Origin: the human T2T-CHM13v2.0 reference genome, Homo sapiens
Length of the DNA stretch: 64,000 nucleotides
Assembly: GCF_009914755.1 (NCBI RefSeq)
Contig: NC_060948.1
Direction: 5' to 3' (one strand)
Every line of letters begins with the position of its first letter. Positions within the stretch are counted from its first letter, which is position 1. Below, in pieces: positions 11,387 to 25,642 of this stretch. The position numbers were made by a program, and so were the translations under genes. Under the pieces are notes generated by a model, which worked only from the letters and a program-made list of their open reading frames with translations, was not told the origin of the DNA and did no database searches.

Positions 11387-14300
11387 GGCCTGGAATAAAG
11401 TGGAATGCTACGGTCTCGAATGGAATAAAAATGTATGGAATGGAATGCAATGAAACGGAATCGAATGTCATAGAATGTAATGGAATGCAACAAAATGGAA
11501 TCCAAAATCATTGACTGGAAAGGCTGGGTGTCGAAAGGAATTGACTCCAATGGAATGGAATCGAATGGAATGGAAGTGAATAGAATCGAACTAAATCGAA
11601 TGGAATGGAATTGATAGGAACGGAATGGAAAGGAATGCAATGATTTGGCATGGAATGGAATCGAATGGCATCGAATGGAATGGAATGGAATGCAATGGAA
11701 TTGAATGTATTAGAATGTAATGAACTTTAATGGAATGTACTCGAATGGATTCGACTGGAATGGAATGTTCTGGAAGTGAATGGACTCTAATGGAATGGAT
11801 TCAAAAGGAATGGAATTGTACGGAATGGAATCTAATGGAATGGAATTAAATGGAAATGAATCAAATTGAATAGCACGGAATTGAATTGAATGGAATGGAA
11901 TGCAATGGAATCTAATGAAACGGAAAGGAAAGGAATGGAATGGAATGGAATGGGCTGGAATGGAAAGGAATCGAAACGAATGCAATGGAATCGAACTGAA
12001 GAGACTGGAATGGAATGCACTGGAATGGAAGGGAGTGTAATGGAAGGTTCTCGAAAAAAATGGAATCGAATGGAATGGAATTGAATGGAACGGAATAGAG
12101 TCGAATGGAATTGAATGGAATGGAATGGACTAGAGTGAAATGGAATCGAACCACAAGGAATGGACAGGAATAGAGTGGTCTCGAATTGAATGGAATCGTA
12201 TGGAATGGCATCAAACGGAATGGAATGGACAGCCACGGAATGGAATGCACTCGAATGCAATGGAGTCGAAACTAATGGACTGGAATAGAATGGACTCGAC
12301 TGGTACGGACTCCAATGGAATGGAATCGAATGGAAGGGAATCGAACGGAATGGACTCGAAGGGAAAAGACTGCAATGGAAAGGTCTCGAATGGAATGGAA
12401 ATTAATGGAATGGAATGGAATCGAATGAAATGGAGTCAAAAGGAATGGAATCGAATGGCAAGAAATCAAATGTAATGGAATCGCAAGGAATTGATGTGAA
12501 CGGAACGGAATGGAATGGAATCCAAAGGAATGGAATAGAATGGAATGGAATCGAATGGAAAGGACTCGAATGGAAATCACTCGAATAGAATGCAATTTAA
12601 TAAAATAGGATCAAATGTAATGGAATGGAATGGAAAGGAATCGAAACGAAAGGAATGGAGACAGATGGAATGGAATGGAACAGAGAGCAATGGTATAGAA
12701 TGGAATGGAATCATCTGGAATGGAATTGAATGGAATGGAATAATATGAAATGGAATGGAATGGAATGGAATGGAATGCCCTTGAATTAAATGGACTGGAA
12801 TGGAATGGACTCGAACAGAGTGGAATGGAAAGTGTTGAGATAGAATGGAATGGACTCCTTTGGAATGGTGTAGTATGCAATGCAATCGACTGGCAGGGAA
12901 TCAAATGGAATGTAATCGAATGGATTGGACTGGAATGCAATGGACTCGAATAGATTGCAAACGGAATGCAAAGGAATGGAATGGAATAGTATGGAATGGA
13001 ATGGAAAGGAATGGAGTGGAATAGACTAGAGTGGAATGGAATGGACTGGAAAGCAATGGACTGGAATGGAACTTTCTTGAATGGACTGGAATCAAACGGA
13101 ATGGAATGCAATGCAATCAAATGGCATGGAATAAAATAGAATGAAAGAGAATCAAATGGAATTGAATCGAATGGAATCGAATGGATTGGAAAGGAATAGA
13201 ATGGAATGGAATGGAATTGACTCAAATGGAATGGACTAGAATGGAATGGATTCGAATGGAAGGCAAAGGAATGGAATCTATTGGAATGGACTGTAATGGA
13301 ATGGAATGGAAGGGATTGGAATGGACTCGAATGGAATGGACTGCAATAGAAAGGATTCGAATGGAATGAAAAAGAATTGAATGGAATAGAACAGAATGGA
13401 ATCAAATCGAATGAAATGGAATGGAATAGAAAGGAATGGAATGAAATGGAATGGAAAGGATTCGAATGGAATGCAATCGAATGGAATGGAATCGAACGGA
13501 ATGGAATAAAATGGAAGAAAACTGGCAAGAAATGGAATCGAAATGAATGGAGTGTTATGGAACGGACTCAAAAGGAATTGAATGTAATAGAATGGAGTGG
13601 AGTGGACTCGAATATAATGGACTGGAATGGAATGAAATCACATGGAATGGGAACGAATGGAATGGAATGGAAAGGAATGGAATCGAATGGAAAGGAATCG
13701 AATGGAAGGGAATGAAATTGAATCAACAGGAATGGAAGGGAATAGAATACACGGTAATGGAATGGACTCGAATAGAATGGACACGAATGCTCAAATTGAA
13801 TGGACTCGAATGGAATGGAAACGAAAGGAATGTCATCGAATGGAATTGAATCAATTGGAATGAAATCGCATAGAATGGAGTGGAATCAAATGGAATTGAA
13901 TCGAAAGGAAAGGAAGCGAATGGACTGAAATGAAATGGAATGGAATTGAATGGAAAGTAATGCAATGGAATAGAATGGAACGAAATTTCACGGAATGGAA
14001 TCAAACTGAATGGAATCAAATCAATGGAATCAAATCAAATGGAATGGAAAGGAATTGAATGGAGTAGATTGGATTGGATGGGATTGGAATGAAATGTACT
14101 GGAAAGGACTCGAATTTCATGAAACGGAATGGAATGAATTGGAACGGAATGGACTCGAATGGAATGGAATGTCACGGAATGGCATCAAATGGAATGGCAT
14201 CAATTGGAATGGAATCGAATGCAATGGAATGCTATGGAATGGAATGGAATGCATTGGAATGGAATGTCCTCTAATGGAATGGATTCGAGTGGAATGGAAT

Positions 14301-14950
14301 CGAATATAATGGAGTCGAATGAAATGGAATTGAAAGGAATGGGATCGAATACAATGGAATATACTGGAATGTAATGTAATGAACTCGAATGTAATTGACT
14401 GGAATGGAATGTACGTGAATGGAATGTAATCGAATGGAAAGTAATCCAATGGAATAGAATCTAATGCAATAAAATCGACTCAGATAGAGTAGAATGTAAT
14501 GGAAAGGAGTGCAGTGCAATGGAATGGAATGGAATGGAATGCAATTGAATGGAATGGAATGGAATGGAATGGAATGGAATGGAATGGGATGGAATGGTTT
14601 GGAATGGATAGTAATGGACTGGAGTGAAATGGACTGGAAAGGAATGGACTCAAATTGAAAGGGCTCGAAAGGAATGGAGTCAAATGGAATGGTCTGGAAT
14701 GGAATGAACACGAATGTAATGCAATCCAATAGAATGGAATCGAATGGCATGGAATATAAAGAAATGGAATCGAAGAGAATGGAAACAAATGGAATGGAAT
14801 TGAATGGAATGGAATTGAATGGAATGCGAACGAATGGAGTGAAATTGTATGCAGTAGAAGGGAATAGAATGGAATGCAAGCGAAAGGAAAGGAATGGATT
14901 GGAATGGAATGGAATTCATTGGAATGGAAGGGAATGTAGTGTAATGGACA
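11387..14950. repeat. DYZ1 unit 4 (3564 bp)
   Basis: GGCC at 11387 to 14951. Confidence 0.93.
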
Positions 14951-17900
14951 GGCCTGGAATAAAGTGGAATGCTACGGTCTCGAATGGAATAAAAATGTAT
15001 GGAATGGAATGCAATGAAATGGAATCGAATGTCATAGAATGTAATGGAATGCAACAAAATGGAATCCAATATCATTGACTGGAAAGGCTGGGTGTCGAAA
15101 GGAATTGACTCCAATGGAATGGAATCGAATGGAATGGAAGTGAATAGAATCGAACTAAATCGAATGGAATGGAATTGATAGGAACGGAATGGAAAGGAAT
15201 GCAATGATTTGGCATGGAATGGAATCGAATGGCATCGAATGGAATGGAATGGAATGCAATGGAATGGAATGTATTGGAATGTATTAGAATATAATGAACT
15301 TTAATGGAATATACTCGAATGGATTCGACTGGAATGGAATGTTCTGGAAGTGAATGGACTCCAATGGAATGGATTCCAAAGGAATGGAATCGTACGGAAT
15401 GGAATCTAATGGAATGGAATTAAATGGAAATGAATCAAATTGAATAGCACGGAATTGAATTGAATGGAATGGAATGCAATGGAATCTAATGAAACGGAAA
15501 GGAAAGGAATGGAATGGAATGGAATGGGCTGGAATGGAAAGGAATCGAAACGAATGGAATGGAATCGAACTGAAGAGACTGGAATGGAATGCACTGGAAT
15601 GGAAGGGAGTGTAATGGAAGGTTCTCGAAAAAAATGGAATCGAATGGAATGGAATTGAATGGAACGGAATAGAGTCGAATGGAATTGAATGGAATGGAAT
15701 GGACTAGAGTGAAATGGAATCGAACCACAAGGAATGGACAGGAATAGAATGGTCTCGAATTGAATGGAATCGTATGGAATGGCATCAAACGGAATGGAAT
15801 GGACAGCCACGGAATGGAATGCACTCGAATGCAATGGAGTCGAAACTAATGGACTGGAATAGAATGGACTCGACTGGTACGGACTCCAATGGAATGGAAT
15901 CGAATGGAAGGGAATCGAACGGAATGGACTCGAAGGGAAAAGACTGCAATGGAAAGGTCTCGAATGGAATGGAAATTAATGGAATGGAATGGAATCGAAT
16001 GAAATGGAGTCAAAAGGAATGGAATCGAATGGCAAGAAATCGAATGTAATGGAATCGCAAGGAATTGATGTGAACGGAACGGAATGGAATGGAATCCAAA
16101 GGAATGGAATAGAATGGAATGGAATCGAATGGAAAGGACTCGAATGGAAATCACTCGAATAGAATGCAATTTAATAAAATAGGATCAAATGTAATGGAAT
16201 GGAATGGAAAGGAATCGAAACGAAAGGAATGGAGACAGATGGAATGGAATGGAACAGAGAGCAATGGTATAGAATGGAATGGAATCATCTGGAATGGAAT
16301 TGAATGGAATGGAATAATATGAAATGGAATGGAATGGAATGGAATGGAATGCCCTTGAATTAAATGGACTGGAATGGAATGGACTCGAACAGAGTGGAAT
16401 GGAAAGTGTTGAGATAGAATGGAATGGACTCCTTTGGAATGGTCTAGTATGCAATGCAATCGACTGGCAGGGAATCAAAAGGAATGTAATCGAATGGATT
16501 GGACTGGAATGCAATGGACTCGAATAGATTGGAAACGGAATGCAAAGGAATGGAATGGAATAGTATGGAATGGAATGGAAAGGAATGGAGTGGAATAGAC
16601 TAGAGTGGAATGGAATGGACTGGAAAGCAATGGACTAGAATGGAACTTTCTTGAATGGACTGGAATCAAACGGAATGGAATGCAATGCAATCAAATGGCA
16701 TGGAATAAAATAGAATGAAAGAGAATCAAATGGAATTGAATCGAATGGAATCGAATGGATTGGAAAGGAATAGAATGGAATGGAATGGAATTGACTCAAA
16801 TGGAATGGACTAGAATGGAATGGATTCGAATGGAAGGCAAAGGAATGGAATCTATTGGAATGGACTGTAATGGAATGGAATGGAAGGGATTGGAATGGAC
16901 TCGAATGGAATGGACTGCAATAGAAAGGATTCGAATGGAATGAAAAAGAATTGAATGGAATAGAACAGAATGGAATCAAATCGAATGAAATGGAATGGAA
17001 TAGAAAGGAATGGAATGAAATGGAATGGAAAGGATTCGAATGGAATGCAATCGAATGGAATGGAATCGAACGGAATGGAATAAAATGGAAGAAAACTGGC
17101 AAGAAATGGAATCGAAATGAATGGAGTGTTATGGAACGGACTCAAAAGGAATTGAATGTAACAGAATGGAGTGGAGTGGACTCGAATATAATGGACTGGA
17201 ATGGAATGAAATCACATGGAATGGGAACGAATGGAATGGAATGGAAAGGAATGGAATCGAATGGAAAGGAATCGAATGGAAGGGAATGAAATTGAATCAA
17301 CAGGAATGGAAGGGAATAGAATACACGGTAATGGAATGGACTCGAATAGAATGGACACGAATGCTCAAATTGAATGGACTCGAATGGAATGGAAACGAAA
17401 GGAATGTCATCGAATGGAATTGAATCAATTGGAATGAAATCGCATAGAATGGAGTGGAATCAAATGGAATTGAATCGAAAGGAAAGGAAGCGAATGGACT
17501 GAAATGAAATGGAATGGAATTGAATGGAAAGTAATGCAATGGAATAGAATGGAACGAAATTTCACGGAATGGAATCAAACTGAATGGAATCAAATCAATG
17601 GAATCAAATCAAATGGAATGGAAAGGAATTGAATGGAGTAGATTGGATTGGATGGGATTGGAATGAAATGTACTGGAAAGGACTCGAATTTCATGAAACG
17701 GAATGGAATGAATTGGAACGGAATGGACTCGAATGGAATGGAATGTCACGGAATGGCATCAAATGGAATGGCATCAATTGGAATGGAATCGAATGCAATG
17801 GAATGCTATGGAATGGAATGGAATGCATTGGAATGGAATGTCCTCTAATGGAATGGATTCGAGTGGAATGGAATCGAATATAATGGAGTCGAATGAAATG

Positions 17901-18524
17901 GAATTAAAAGGAATGGGATCGAATACAATGGAATATACTGGAATGTAATGTAATGAACTCGAATGTAATTGACTGGAATGGAATGTACGTGAATGGAATG
18001 TAATCGAATGGAAAGTAATCCAATGGAATAGAATCTAATGCAATAAAATCGACTCAGATAGAGTAGAATGTAATGGAAAGGAGTGCAGTGCAATGGAATG
18101 GAATGGAATGGAATGCAATTGAATGGAATGGAATGGAATGGAATGGAATGGAATGGAATGGGATGGAATGGTTTGGAATGGATAGTAATGGACTGGAGTG
18201 AAATGGACTGGAAAGGAATGGACTCAAATTGAAAGGGCTCGAAAGGAATGGAGTCAAATGGAATGGTCTGGAATGGAATGAACACGAATGTAATGCAATC
18301 CAATAGAATGGAATCGAATGGCATGGAATATAAAGAAATGGAATCGAAGAGAATGGAAACAAATGGAATGGAATTGAATGGAATGGAATTGAATGGAATG
18401 GGAACGAATGGAGTGAAATTGTATGCAGTAGAAGGGAATAGAATGGAATGCAAGCGAAAGGAAAGGAATGGATTGGAATGGAATGGAATTCATTGGAATG
18501 GAAGGGAATGTAGTGTAATGGACA
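14951..18524. repeat. DYZ1 unit 5 (3574 bp)
   Basis: GGCC at 14951 to 18525; 10-bp insertion at 15271-15280. Confidence 0.93.
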
Positions 18525-21500
18525 GGCCTGGAATAAAGTGGAATGCTACGGTCTCGAATGGAATAAAAATGTATGGAATGGAATGCAATGAAATGGAATC
18601 GAATGTCATAGAATGTAATGGAATGCAACAAAATGGAATCCAATATCATTGACTGGAAAGGCTGGGTGTCGAAAGGAATTGACTCCAATGGAATGGAATC
18701 GAATGGAATGGAAGTGAATAGAATCGAACTAAATCGAATGGAATGGAATTGATAGGAACGGAATGGAAAGGAATGCAATGATTTGGCATGGAATGGAATC
18801 GAATGGCATCGAATGGAATGGAATGGAATGCAATGGAATGGAATGTATTGGAATGTATTAGAATATAATGAACTTTAATGGAATATACTCGAATGGATTC
18901 GACTGGAATGGAATGTTCTGGAAGTGAATGGACTCCAATGGAATGGATTCCAAAGGAATGGAATCGTACGGAATGGAATCTAATGGAATGGAATTAAATG
19001 GAAATGAATCAAATTGAATAGCACGGAATTGAATTGAATGGAATGGAATGCAATGGAATCTAATGAAACGGAAAGGAAAGGAATGGAATGGAATGGAATG
19101 GGCTGGAATGGAAAGGAATCGAAACGAATGGAATGGAATCGAACTGAAGAGACTGGAATGGAATGCACTGGAATGGAAGGGAGTGTAATGGAAGGTTCTC
19201 GAAAAAAATGGAATCGAATGGAATGGAATTGAATGGAACGGAATAGAGTCGAATGGAATTGAATGGAATGGAATGGACTAGAGTGAAATGGAATCGAACC
19301 ACAAGGAATGGACAGGAATAGAATGGTCTCGAATTGAATGGAATCGTATGGAATGGCATCAAACGGAATGGAATGGACAGCCACGGAATGGAATGCACTC
19401 GAATGCAATGGAGTCGAAACTAATGGACTGGAATAGAATGGACTCGACTGGTACGGACTCCAATGGAATGGAATCGAATGGAAGGGAATCGAACGGAATG
19501 GACTCGAAGGGAAAAGACTGCAATGGAAAGGTCTCGAATGGAATGGAAATTAATGGAATGGAATGGAATCGAATGAAATGGAGTCAAAAGGAATGGAATC
19601 GAATGGCAAGAAATCGAATGTAATGGAATCGCAAGGAATTGATGTGAACGGAACGGAATGGAATGGAATCCAAAGGAATGGAATAGAATGGAATGGAATC
19701 GAATGGAAAGGACTCGAATGGAAATCACTCGAATAGAATGCAATTTAATAAAATAGGATCAAATGTAATGGAATGGAATGGAAAGGAATCGAAACGAAAG
19801 GAATGGAGACAGATGGAATGGAATGGAACAGAGAGCAATGGTATAGAATGGAATGGAATCATCTGGAATGGAATTGAATGGAATGGAATAATATGAAATG
19901 GAATGGAATGGAATGGAATGGAATGCCCTTGAATTAAATGGACTGGAATGGAATGGACTCGAACAGAGTGGAATGGAAAGTGTTGAGATAGAATGGAATG
20001 GACTCCTTTGGAATGGTCTAGTATGCAATGCAATCGACTGGCAGGGAATCAAAAGGAATGTAATCGAATGGATTGGACTGGAATGCAATGGACTCGAATA
20101 GATTGGAAACGGAATGCAAAGGAATGGAATGGAATAGTATGGAATGGAATGGAAAGGAATGGAGTGGAATAGACTAGAGTGGAATGGAATGAACTGGAAA
20201 GCAATGGACTAGAATGGAACTTTCTTGAATGGACTGGAATCAAACGGAATGGAATGCAATGCAATCAAATGGCATGGAATAAAATAGAATGAAAGAGAAT
20301 CAAATGGAATTGAATCGAATGGATTCGAATGGATTGTAAAGGAATAGAATGGAATGGAATGGAATTGACTCAAATGGAATGGACTAGAATGGAATGGATT
20401 CGAATGGAAGGCAAAGGAATGGAATCTATTGGAATGGACTGTAATGGAATGGAATGGAAGGGATTGGAATGGACTCGAATGGAATGGACTGCAATAGAAA
20501 GGATTCGAATGGAATGAAAAAGAATTGAATGGAATAGAACAGAATGGAATCAAATCGAATGAAATGGAATGGAATAGAAAGGAATGGAATGAAATGGAAT
20601 GGAAAAGATTCGAATGGAATGCAATCGAATGGAATGGAATCGAACGGAATGGAATAAAATGGAAGAAAACTGGCAAGAAATGGAATCGAAATGAATGGAG
20701 TGTTATGGAACGGACTCAAAAGGAATTGAATGTAATAGAATGGAGTGGAGTGGACTCGAATATAATGGACTGGAATGGAATGAAATCACATGGAATGGGA
20801 ACGAATGGAATGGAATGGAAAGGAATGGAATCGAATGGAAAGGAATCGAATGGAAGGGAATGAAATTGAATCAACAGGAATGGAAGGGAATAGAATAGAC
20901 GGTAATGGAATGGACTCGAATAGAATGGACACGAATGCTCAAATTGAATGGATTCGAATGGAATGGAAACGAAAGGAATGTCATCGAATGGAATTGAATC
21001 GATTGGAATGAAATCGCATAGAATGGAGTGGAATCAAATGGAATTGAATCGAAAGGAAAGGAAGCGAATGGACTGAAATGAAATGGAATGGAATTGAATG
21101 GAAAGTAATGCAATGGAATAGAATGGAACGAAATTTCACGGAATGGAATCAAACTGAATGGAATCAAATCAATGGAATCTAATCAAATGGAATGGAAAGG
21201 AATTGAATGGAGTAGATTGGATTGGATGGGATTGGAATGAAATGTACTGGAAAGGACTCGAATTTCATGAAACGGAATGGAATGAATTGGAACGGAATGG
21301 ACTCGAATGGAATGGAATGTCATGGAATGGCATCGAATGGAATGGCATCAAATGGAATGGAATCGAATGCAATGGAATGTTATGGAATGGAATGGAATGC
21401 ATTGGAATGGAATGTCCTCTAATGGAATGGATTCGAGTGGAATGGAATCGAATATAATGGAGTCGAATGAAATGGAATTGAAAGGAATGGGATCGAATAG

Positions 21501-22093
21501 AATGGAATATACTGGAATGTAATGTAATGAACACGAATGTAATTGACTGGAATGGAATGTACATGAATGGAAGGTAATCGAATGGAAAGTAATCCAATGG
21601 AATAGAATCTAATGCAATAAAACCGACTCAGATAGAGTAGAATGTAATGGAATGGAGTGCAGTGCAATGGAATGGAATGGAATTGAATGCAATGGAATGG
21701 CATGGAATGGAATGGAATGGAATGGAATGGGATGGAATGGTATGGAATGGATAGTAATGGACTGGAGTGAAATGGACTGGAAAGGAATGGACTCAAATTG
21801 AAAGGGCTCGAAAGGAATGGAGTCAAATGGAATGGTCTGGAATGGAATGAACACGAATGTAATGCAATCCAATAGAATGGAATCGAATGGCATGGAATAT
21901 AAAGAAATGGAATCGAAGAGAATGGAAACAAATGGAATGGAATTGAATGGAATGGAATTGAATGGAATGGGAACGAATGGAGTGAAATTGTATGCAGTAG
22001 AAGGGAATAGAATGGAATGCAAGCGAAAGGAAAGGAATGGATTGGAATGGAATGGAATTCATTGGAATGGAAGGGAATGTAGTGTAATGGACA
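18525..22093. repeat. DYZ1 unit 6 (3569 bp)
   Basis: GGCC at 18525 to 22094; 10-bp insertion at 18845-18854. Confidence 0.93.
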
Positions 22094-25000
22094 GGCCTGG
22101 AATAAAGTGGAATGCTACGGTCTCGAATGGAATAAAAATGTATGGAATGGAATGCAATGAAACGGAATCGAATGTCATAGAATGTAATGGAATGCAACAA
22201 AATGGAATCCAAAATCATTGACTGGAAAGGCTGGGTGTCGAAAGGAATTGACTCCAATGGAATGGAATCGAATGGAATGGAAGTGAATAGAATCGAACTA
22301 AATCGAATGGAATGGAATTGATAGGAACGGAATGGAAAGGAATGCAATGATTTGGCATGGAATGGAATCGAATGGCATCGAATGGAATGGAATGGAATGC
22401 AATGGAATGGAATGTATTAGAATGTAATGAACTTTAATGGAATGTACTCGAATGGATTCGACTGGAATGGAATGTTCTGGAAGTGAACGGACTCCAATGG
22501 AATGGATTCAAAAGGAATGGAATCGTACGGAATGGAATCTAATGGAATGGAATTAAATGGAAATGAATCAAATTGAATAGCACGGAATTGAATTGAATGG
22601 AATGGAATGCAATGGAATCTAATGAAACGGAAAGGAAAGGAATGGAATGGAATGGAATGGGCTGGAATGGAAAGGAATCGAAACGAATGGAATGGAATCG
22701 AACTGAAGAGACTGGAATGGAATGCACTGGAATGGAAGGGAGTGTAATGGAAGGTTCTCGCAAAAAATGGAATCGAATGGAATGGAATTGAATGGAACGG
22801 AATAGAGTCGAATGGAATTGAATGGAATGGAATGGACTAGAGTGAAATGGAATCGAACCACAAGGAATGGACAGGAATAGAATGGTCTCGAATTGAATGG
22901 AATCGTATGGAATGGCATCAAACGGAATGGAATGGACAGCCACGGAATGGAATGCACTCGAATGCAATGGAGTCGAAACTAATGGACTGGAATAGAATGG
23001 ACTCGACTGGTACGGACTCCAATGGAATGGAATCGAATGGAAGGGAATCGAACGGAATGGACTCGAAGGGAAAAGACTGCAATGGAAAGGTCTCGAATGG
23101 AATGGAAATTAATGGAATGGAATGGAATCGAATGAAATGGAGTCAAAAGGAATGGAATCGAATGGCAAGAAATCGAATGTAATGGAATCGCAAGGAATTG
23201 ATGCGAACGGAACGGAATGGAATGGAATCCAAAGGAATGGAATAGAATGGAATGGAATCGAATGGAAAGGACTCGAATGGAAATCACTCGAATAGAATGC
23301 AATTTAATAAAATAGGATCAAATGTAATGGAATGGAATGGAAAGGAATCGAAACGAAAGGAATGGAGACAGATGGAATGGAATGGAACAGAGAGCAATGG
23401 TATAGAATGGAATGGAATCATCTGGAATGGAATTGAATGGAATGGAATAATATGAAATGGAATGGAATGGAATGGAATGGAATGCCCTTGAATTAAATGG
23501 ACTGGAATGGAATGGACTCGAACAGAGTGGAATGGAAAGTGTTGAGATAGAATGGAATGGACTCCTTTGGAATGGTGTAGTATGCAATGCAATCGACTGG
23601 CAGGGAATCAAAAGGAATGTAATGGAATGGACTGGACTGGAATGCAATGGACTCGAATAGATTGGAAACGGGATGCAAAGGAATGGAATGGAATAGTATG
23701 GAATGGAATGGAAAGGAATGGAGTGGAATAGACTAGAGTGGAATGGAATGGACTGGAAAGCAATGGACTGGAATGGATCTTTCTTGAATGGACTGGAATC
23801 AAACGGAATGGAATGCAATGCAATCAAATGGCATGGAATAAAATAGAATGAAAGAGAATCAAATGGAATTGAATCGAATGGAATCGAATGGATTGGAAAG
23901 GAATAGAATGGAATGGAATGGAATTGACTCAAATGGAATGGACTAGAATGGAATGGATTCGAATGGAAGGCAAAGGAATGGAATCTATTGGAATGGACTG
24001 TAATGGAATGGAATGGAAGGGATTGGAATGGACTCGAATGGAATGGACTGCAATAGAAAGGATTCGAATGGAATGAAAAAGAATTGAATGGAATAGAACA
24101 GAATGGAATCAAATCGAATGAAATGGAATGGAATAGAAAGGAATGGAATGAAATGGAATGGAAAGGATTCGAATGGAATGCAATCGAATGGAATGGAATC
24201 GAACGGAATGGAATAAAATGGAAGAAAACTGGCAAGAAATGGAATCGAAATGAATGGAGTGTTATGGAACGGACTCAAAAGGAATTGAATGTAATTGAAT
24301 GGAGTGGAGTGGACTCGAATATAATGGACTGGAATGGAATGAAATCACATGGAATGGGAACGAATGGAATGGAATGGAAAGGAATGGAATCGAATGGAAA
24401 GGAATCGAATGGAAAGGAATGAAATTGAATCAACAGGAATGGAAGGGAATAGAATAGACGGTAATGGAATGGACTCGAATAGAATGGACACGAATGCTCA
24501 AATTGAATGGACTCGAATGGAATGGAAACGAAAGGAATGTCATCGAATGGAATTGAATCGATTGGAATGAAATCGCATAGAATGGAGTGGAATCAAATGG
24601 AATTGAATCGAAAGGAAAGGAAGCGAATGGACTGAAATGAAATGGAATGGAATTGAATGGAAAGTAATGCAATGGAATAGAATGGAACGAAATTTCACGG
24701 AATGGAATCAAACTGAATGGAATCAAATCAATGGAATCCAATCAAATGGAATGGAGTAGATTGGATTGGATGGGATTGGAATGAAATGTACTGGAAAGGA
24801 CTCGAATTTCATGAAATGGAATGGAATGAATTGGAACGGAATGGACTCGAATGGAATGGAATGTCATAGAATGGTATCAAATGGAATGGCATCAAATGGA
24901 ATGGAATCGAATGCAATGGAATGCTATGGAATGGAATGGAATGCATTGGAATGGAATGTCCTCTAATGGAATGGATTCGAGTGGAATGGAATCGAATATA

Positions 25001-25642
25001 ATGGAGTCGAATGAAATGGAATTGAAAGGAATGGGATGGAATACAATGGAATATACTGGAATGTAATGTAATGAACTCGAATGTAATTGACTGGAATGGA
25101 ATGTACATGAGTGGAATGTAATCGAATGGAAAGTAATCCAATGGAATAGAATCTAATGCAATAAAATCGACTCAGATAGAGTAGAATGTAATGGAATGGA
25201 GTGCAGTGCAATGTAATGGAATGGAATGGAATGCAATGGAATGGAATGGAATGGAATGGAATGGAATGGAATGGAATGGGATGGAATGGTATGGAATGGA
25301 TAGTAATGGACTGGAGTGAAATGGACTGGAAAGGAATGGACTCAAATTGAAAGGTCTCGAAAGGAATGGAGTCAAATGGAATGGTCTGGAATGGAATGAA
25401 CACGAATGTAATGCAATCCAATAGAATGGAATCGAATGGCATGGAATATAAAGAAATGGAATCGGAGAGAATGGAAACAAATGGAATGGAATTGAATGGA
25501 ATGGAATTGAATGGAATGGGAACGAATGGAGTGAAATTGTATGCAGTAGAAGGGAATAGAATGGAATGCAAGCGAAAGGAAAGGAATGGATTGGAATGGA
25601 ATGGAATTCATTGGAATGGAAGGGAATGTAGTGTAATGGACA
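22094..25642. repeat. DYZ1 unit 7 (3549 bp)
   Basis: GGCC at 22094 to 25643; 15-bp deletion near 24750. Confidence 0.93.
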
